The notes under the pieces are model-generated. The model saw only the letters and a list, made by a program, of their open reading frames with translations, made no database searches and was not told the DNA's origin. DNA of 64,000 nucleotides from a virus. Its lineage: Duplodnaviria; Caudoviricetes. Shown in pieces: positions 59,995-64,000 of this stretch. A program made the position numbers and the translations under genes. The stretch spans positions 64,001 to 128,000 of IMG/VR virus record IMGVR_UViG_3300031867_000008; one strand, written 5' to 3'. Within the stretch, counting starts at the first letter, position 1; each line of letters begins with the position of its first letter.

Positions 59995-60028
59995 ATATGA
60001 ACAAATTGTAAATATTTTCTAAAAATAG

Positions 60029-60057
60029 TTGACAAATCATATACTTTGGTGTATAAT
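60029..60057 (+). promoter_or_regulatory. Promoter of type III TA cassette 3
   Basis: TTGACA-17-TATAAT. Confidence 0.85.
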
Positions 60058-60093
60058 AAAAATGTAAGGAAATACCTTTACTATATCGCTGAT

Positions 60094-60243
60094 GATGATG
60101 TGTGACGGTTCTGACACATCGGTAAAATAAAAATTGACCGAGCGTAGATGATGTGTGACGGTTCTGACACATCGGTAAAATAAAAATTGACCGAGCGATG
60201 AATTACTTTGAGTGAGGTTGACGTTTGTTGACCTCACTCTTTT
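60094..60243 (+). ncRNA. tenpI: TenpI-like antitoxin array (2 repeats, 53-nt period) plus terminator
   Basis: 51-nt exact duplication; stem 1 gatgtgt/acacatc, stem 2 cggtt/gaccg; terminator hairpin 60210-60239. Confidence 0.9.
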
Positions 60244-60258
60244 ATTAGGAATGATTCT

Positions 60259-60855
60259 ATGAACTACAATTTTGACTATGAGGTTTACAAACTCTCTGCA
60301 AAATTCTACAATGATTATCCACACAACCAATACCCTGAAATATTGGAAAAGCCCACAAGAAGATACAACTGTATTTTAGTAGACATAAACACAGATTATT
60401 TTATTTGTCTGCCTTTTCGTTCTGACATGAGACACCAGAATGGTTATAGTTTTAAGAAGTCCAAAAGAAGTAAACACCATAGATCAGGAATTGATTATTC
60501 AAAAATGGTCATAATCAAAGATACAAAGTATCTTGAAAAAGGTGCAATCGTTGATACCGATGAATATAAGGAAATGGTTCTAAATATCAATACCATTGTT
60601 AATGATTCCGTTGAGTATTTATTGAAATACATCAATCATAAAAAGGGAATTTCTGTACTACATGAAAGACAATACCAGAGATTATATGGCTTATCTTCAC
60701 TGCCTTATTTTGACTTAATCATAATTGAGCCTGATATAAACAGCTCATATAAAATAAATGATAAAAGCAGTTCGACAAACAATAATAATGTTTCTCCATA
60801 CGCTCTTGCTGTATCGGTAGAACAAAATCAAAGCACATCTTCAAAGTTTACATAA
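60259..60855 (+). CDS. tenpN: TenpN-family type III toxin
   Basis: LSAKFYNDYP...EILEKPTRRY...CLPFRS...SGIDYSKMVII. Confidence 0.88.
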   Translation: MNYNFDYEVYKLSAKFYNDYPHNQYPEILEKPTRRYNCILVDINTDYFICLPFRSDMRHQNGYSFKKSKRSKHHRSGIDYSKMVIIKDTKYLEKGAIVDTDEYKEMVLNINTIVNDSVEYLLKYINHKKGISVLHERQYQRLYGLSSLPYFDLIIIEPDINSSYKINDKSSSTNNNNVSPYALAVSVEQNQSTSSKFT

Positions 60856-60905
60856 CCTATTTTAAATAACTTATCGACATCTCCTAAATTCTAAACCTTT
60901 TTTTG

Positions 60906-60938
60906 AGAAAGAGTGTATCTTCGGGTATGCTCTTTCTC
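60906..60938 (+). terminator. Terminator closing the TA island
   Basis: agaaagagtgtatc-ttcg-ggtatgctctttct. Confidence 0.75.
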
Positions 60939-61069
60939 TGTTTATAAATATATCATGTTCAAAGATGATAGTCAATGCAAAATATTTTCCAATAAGTAAA
61001 CCAAAAGCAGGAACCACAAAGCTCCTGCTTTTTATTATAGTTTATGTTTTTTATAGTTTAACGAGCCGT

Positions 61070-61119
61070 GAGCAAGAAGTCCCCCACCTCTAAGCGAAGC
61101 GTAGGTCGGGGTGGTTGAC
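61070..61119 (+). mobile_element. IS200/IS605-type right-end remnant
   Basis: gcaagaagtcccccacctctaagcgaagcgtaggtcggggtggttgac, same layout as the tnpB right end. Confidence 0.45.
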
Positions 61120-61261
61120 GATTATAATTGTTCAACTTTTTTAAAACCTTACGTAATTACAGCATTTTTTACATTTTCGCCCTATCCCTTTTTGATTATT
61201 CAGACACCCTCTTTCCGCGTAAGTCGGAAAGGCGAGGGTTGGTAAGGGAAACGCCTTCCCC

Positions 61262-61489
61262 TTACAGTGTCACAACATTTGCTAATTTATTTTTTCTCTC
61301 ACTATTTCCATTCCAAACAGCAATAGCGCCGAGTATTGTAGACCTTGCTTCACTGTTCTTAGCTACTGTTTGCTGACAATTTTGACAGCGTATTATGTAG
61401 AGATTTTTATTATCTCCTACGGTTTCTAATTTTCCTTTGCCACCACAAAAAGGACAGGATTTTATATTATAGTATACCATGTTTGCCAT
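61262..61489 (-). CDS. Lar-family (restriction alleviation-like) Zn-ribbon protein
   Basis: IKSCPFCGG...CQNC...AIAVWN. Confidence 0.7.
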   Translation of the reverse strand: MANMVYYNIKSCPFCGGKGKLETVGDNKNLYIIRCQNCQQTVAKNSEARSTILGAIAVWNGNSERKNKLANVVTL

Positions 61490-61493
61490 TTAA

Positions 61494-63964
61494 TCACTCC
61501 AAGTTCTCTGAATCTTTCTGTACATTATCTTTCTGCATATTTAGCTTTAACGCTTCTTCCAACGTATCATCTTCCATATAAAAGCAATCGTACTTACCTG
61601 TGAGATTAAAGATCAACTGACCAAGCCTCCAATCGGGAACCTGTTTCCATACATCTCTAAGCAGATCGCAAATTACGTCTATTCTATTCGGATCACGCAT
61701 TAGTATCATCTCCTAAGTTATCTTCCAGTAAATCATCAATCATATCAACTACAATACTATAAGCATGAGCCTTGCCTTGTAAATATCTATCACTACAACC
61801 ACTACGTTCAAAACTCTCCCATTTATCATTAGATAATTTTTGCAATGTATCACGCAGCTTGTAGATTTCTTTAGTAGGAACAACACATAACTTTGCAGGC
61901 GCATCATTGTAGACAGGTGTACCTTTAAGAATACAAGTAGAATGAAAACTTTCAGTCTTTTCAAAAACCTCTGATAACATTTCAAGTAGTTCAATTTCAT
62001 AGTTACCACTTATGGAATCCTCTGAATAAACCTGAGATATAACATCGGCAGTAATACGCCCTATACTATCTTTAAACTTATCTTGATTGAAATGCTCCTC
62101 AAAGTCCTTCGGTATATCAATCATTATTTTCATTATTCTTCACTCCTTACAATCCTCACAATGAAAATCTCGTTTCATTCTCTCATCTACTCAAATAAAT
62201 TCTCCCTGTTCAATAAGTATCTTATCCACAGAATTAAGTAGAAAGTCACTCCAGAATCCCCACACCCAATCAATTTTATAAAAACGATAGTCCCTTAAAA
62301 CGTTGACTGTCTCACAGAATAATCTACGCTGAGTATCTTCGTCATTAACTTTGACTGAGCAACAATAATCCATATCATCATCGTCTATCAATTGTAGTGT
62401 AACTCGTTTATTCCCCTTGTATTTATAAGCTTTTACTACCCCATAAAGTCTGCCGCAACAAATCCGTTCACCCGCACCAACTGTATCAAGTGTCATTGGC
62501 TGATCGTACACGAGCATACTGCGGTCAGAATAATAACGATATTCTCCATGGAATGGAGTAAGGCTCATGAAACACATCTCCTTTCATTCATTTATCTCAA
62601 TAATGTTTCTATACCAAGACAGGAAAGGAACTCGCCAACCATTCACTGTCACAGTATAAGTCTCGCCAACTTTCAAACTGCCGTAATCATCCGACGAATT
62701 AAATCGCCCAAGAAGAAATTCGTCTGTGATTTCAAAAGTCTCATTGTCAGTGTATATGATGTACTTGTCGGATTTGTTATAGCGTTTGATCGCTTTATCT
62801 GTTACTGTAATAGTCACTGTTTCTTTTGTGCCATACACGCTATAAATACCAAGCCCAATAAACGAAATGATCGGTATACAAATCGCTATGATTATCAAAA
62901 CTTTGTGTATAGTTGTTTTTATTTTCCTTGCTTTTTTGCTCATATATGCTCTCCTTTATATTTTTGATATACTATCTCTCCTGTTTGTTGTTTTTTCGAT
63001 CACCAAACTCACAACTCATTTTTTGCCTTTAAACATACGCTTATATTGGTCTTATATTCTTTTTCGTCAAAACTAATAGTTATCCACTTCACCAAATCTT
63101 TATCATCAAAAGAAAGTTTATTAAGACTGTCATGAAGCCTTACATAAAGAACGTCCCAAGATTCTCCCGGTTTAACATCACTCTCAGCAACCAAGTCGTG
63201 ATTCCATCTATTCATCTCACCCCGTCTAATCACAGACAAATGAACAGTTCCAAATTTACTTATGGAGTCACCTATTCTATTAAACACTTTGATAAATGTA
63301 TTATCCATTACTTATTTCCTCCAAATCATACAACGCCTGTCCGCAATGATGGCAATAGTTTGTATTTATTACGTCCCAGAGTCCTACATGGCACTTAGGA
63401 CAACTCCTAATTATCTGAGCGTGATTATCAATATCTGCTAACATCGGCAACCCTATATCCCTTTTAGCCAACTCTTTTACATACTTCAAATCTTCTAAGA
63501 AGTCATCATAAACTGTACACTGATGAAAGGTGTTCAGTTTCTTCGACATTTCTTCCATATGATCTAAAATAGTTAGTTGACGTTCGGGTGTTAGCCTATT
63601 CATCATTTTCCTCCTGTATATTATAATTATTTATTTCTATATACTCCAATTCATCCCAGCCCTTAGCATAAAACCAGTTAGTCCAAAGAGACTTACTATA
63701 GTGTTTCTTTTTTCTTATGGTTGCATTGTATGTTACTATATCTTTATATAGCTGATTTTGCACTGTAATATCCTTGTTTTCTTTAAGTAACATAATATAG
63801 ACATTACGACAGTCTCTTGCTTCTTCAACTTCAAATTTACCGCCAGCATTTGCGTGTAGAATTAACACCGAACAAGTAGCGATTATTATAAAGGATATTA
63901 TCCCAGAAATAATAGATAAAGTCTCAAAAAAATCACTCGTTACAATTCTTTTCTTATCATTCAA
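61494..63964 (-). other. Run of small early hypothetical genes (61494-61709, 61693-62133, 62191-62577, 62584-62943, 63009-63308, 63301-63606, 63596-63964)
   Basis: Tightly packed co-oriented ORFs with RBSs; 62584-62943 is membrane-anchored, 63301-63606 has a Zn ribbon. Confidence 0.65.
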
Positions 63965-64000
63965 CTCGTTGTTATAACATATTTTGGCTATGTTATAAAA

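Noticed and set aside
58593-60200. Direct repeats as CRISPR or mini-CRISPR arrays
   Set aside because: There are no unique spacers and no cas genes; the repeats are contiguous, fold as pseudoknots and precede type III toxins

Overview
This is a 64-kb segment of a large, AT-rich temperate siphovirus with SPbeta-like organisation, probably infecting a gut or rumen Firmicute (host is inferred). The + strand (1-11.2 kb) carries a holin, a two-domain endolysin, tail genes with a diversity-generating retroelement (target VR, TR, RT, no avd), a tyrosine recombinase and a large serine recombinase. The - strand (11.5-58 kb) carries nucleotide metabolism genes (thyX, dut, nrdDG, a formate/oxalate MFS), a cysteine desulfurase, seven DNA methyltransferases, a PAPS-reductase-family gene, an orphan tnpB, a replication module (RecD2, PolB, RecJ, primase, helicase, AAA, SSB), a tRNA cluster and an MrpR/MazF/ParB-fold cluster. 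At 58.2-60.9 kb the + strand holds an RHH gene and three tandem type III toxin-antitoxin cassettes, each with its own promoter, pseudoknot repeat array and terminator. The most striking observations are: (i) a cytosine methyltransferase split into a catalytic ORF, about nine TRD-like modules in different frames and a separate C-terminal ORF, joined by G-tracts, a GA repeat and a -1 slippery heptamer, with a similar slippage-module design in the PAPS-reductase gene; (ii) the triple type III TA island; (iii) an approximately 420-nt structured RNA with heptamer repeats and an embedded tRNA; (iv) tandem NrdR-box pairs far from any nrd gene. All family assignments come from motif recognition, not database searches.
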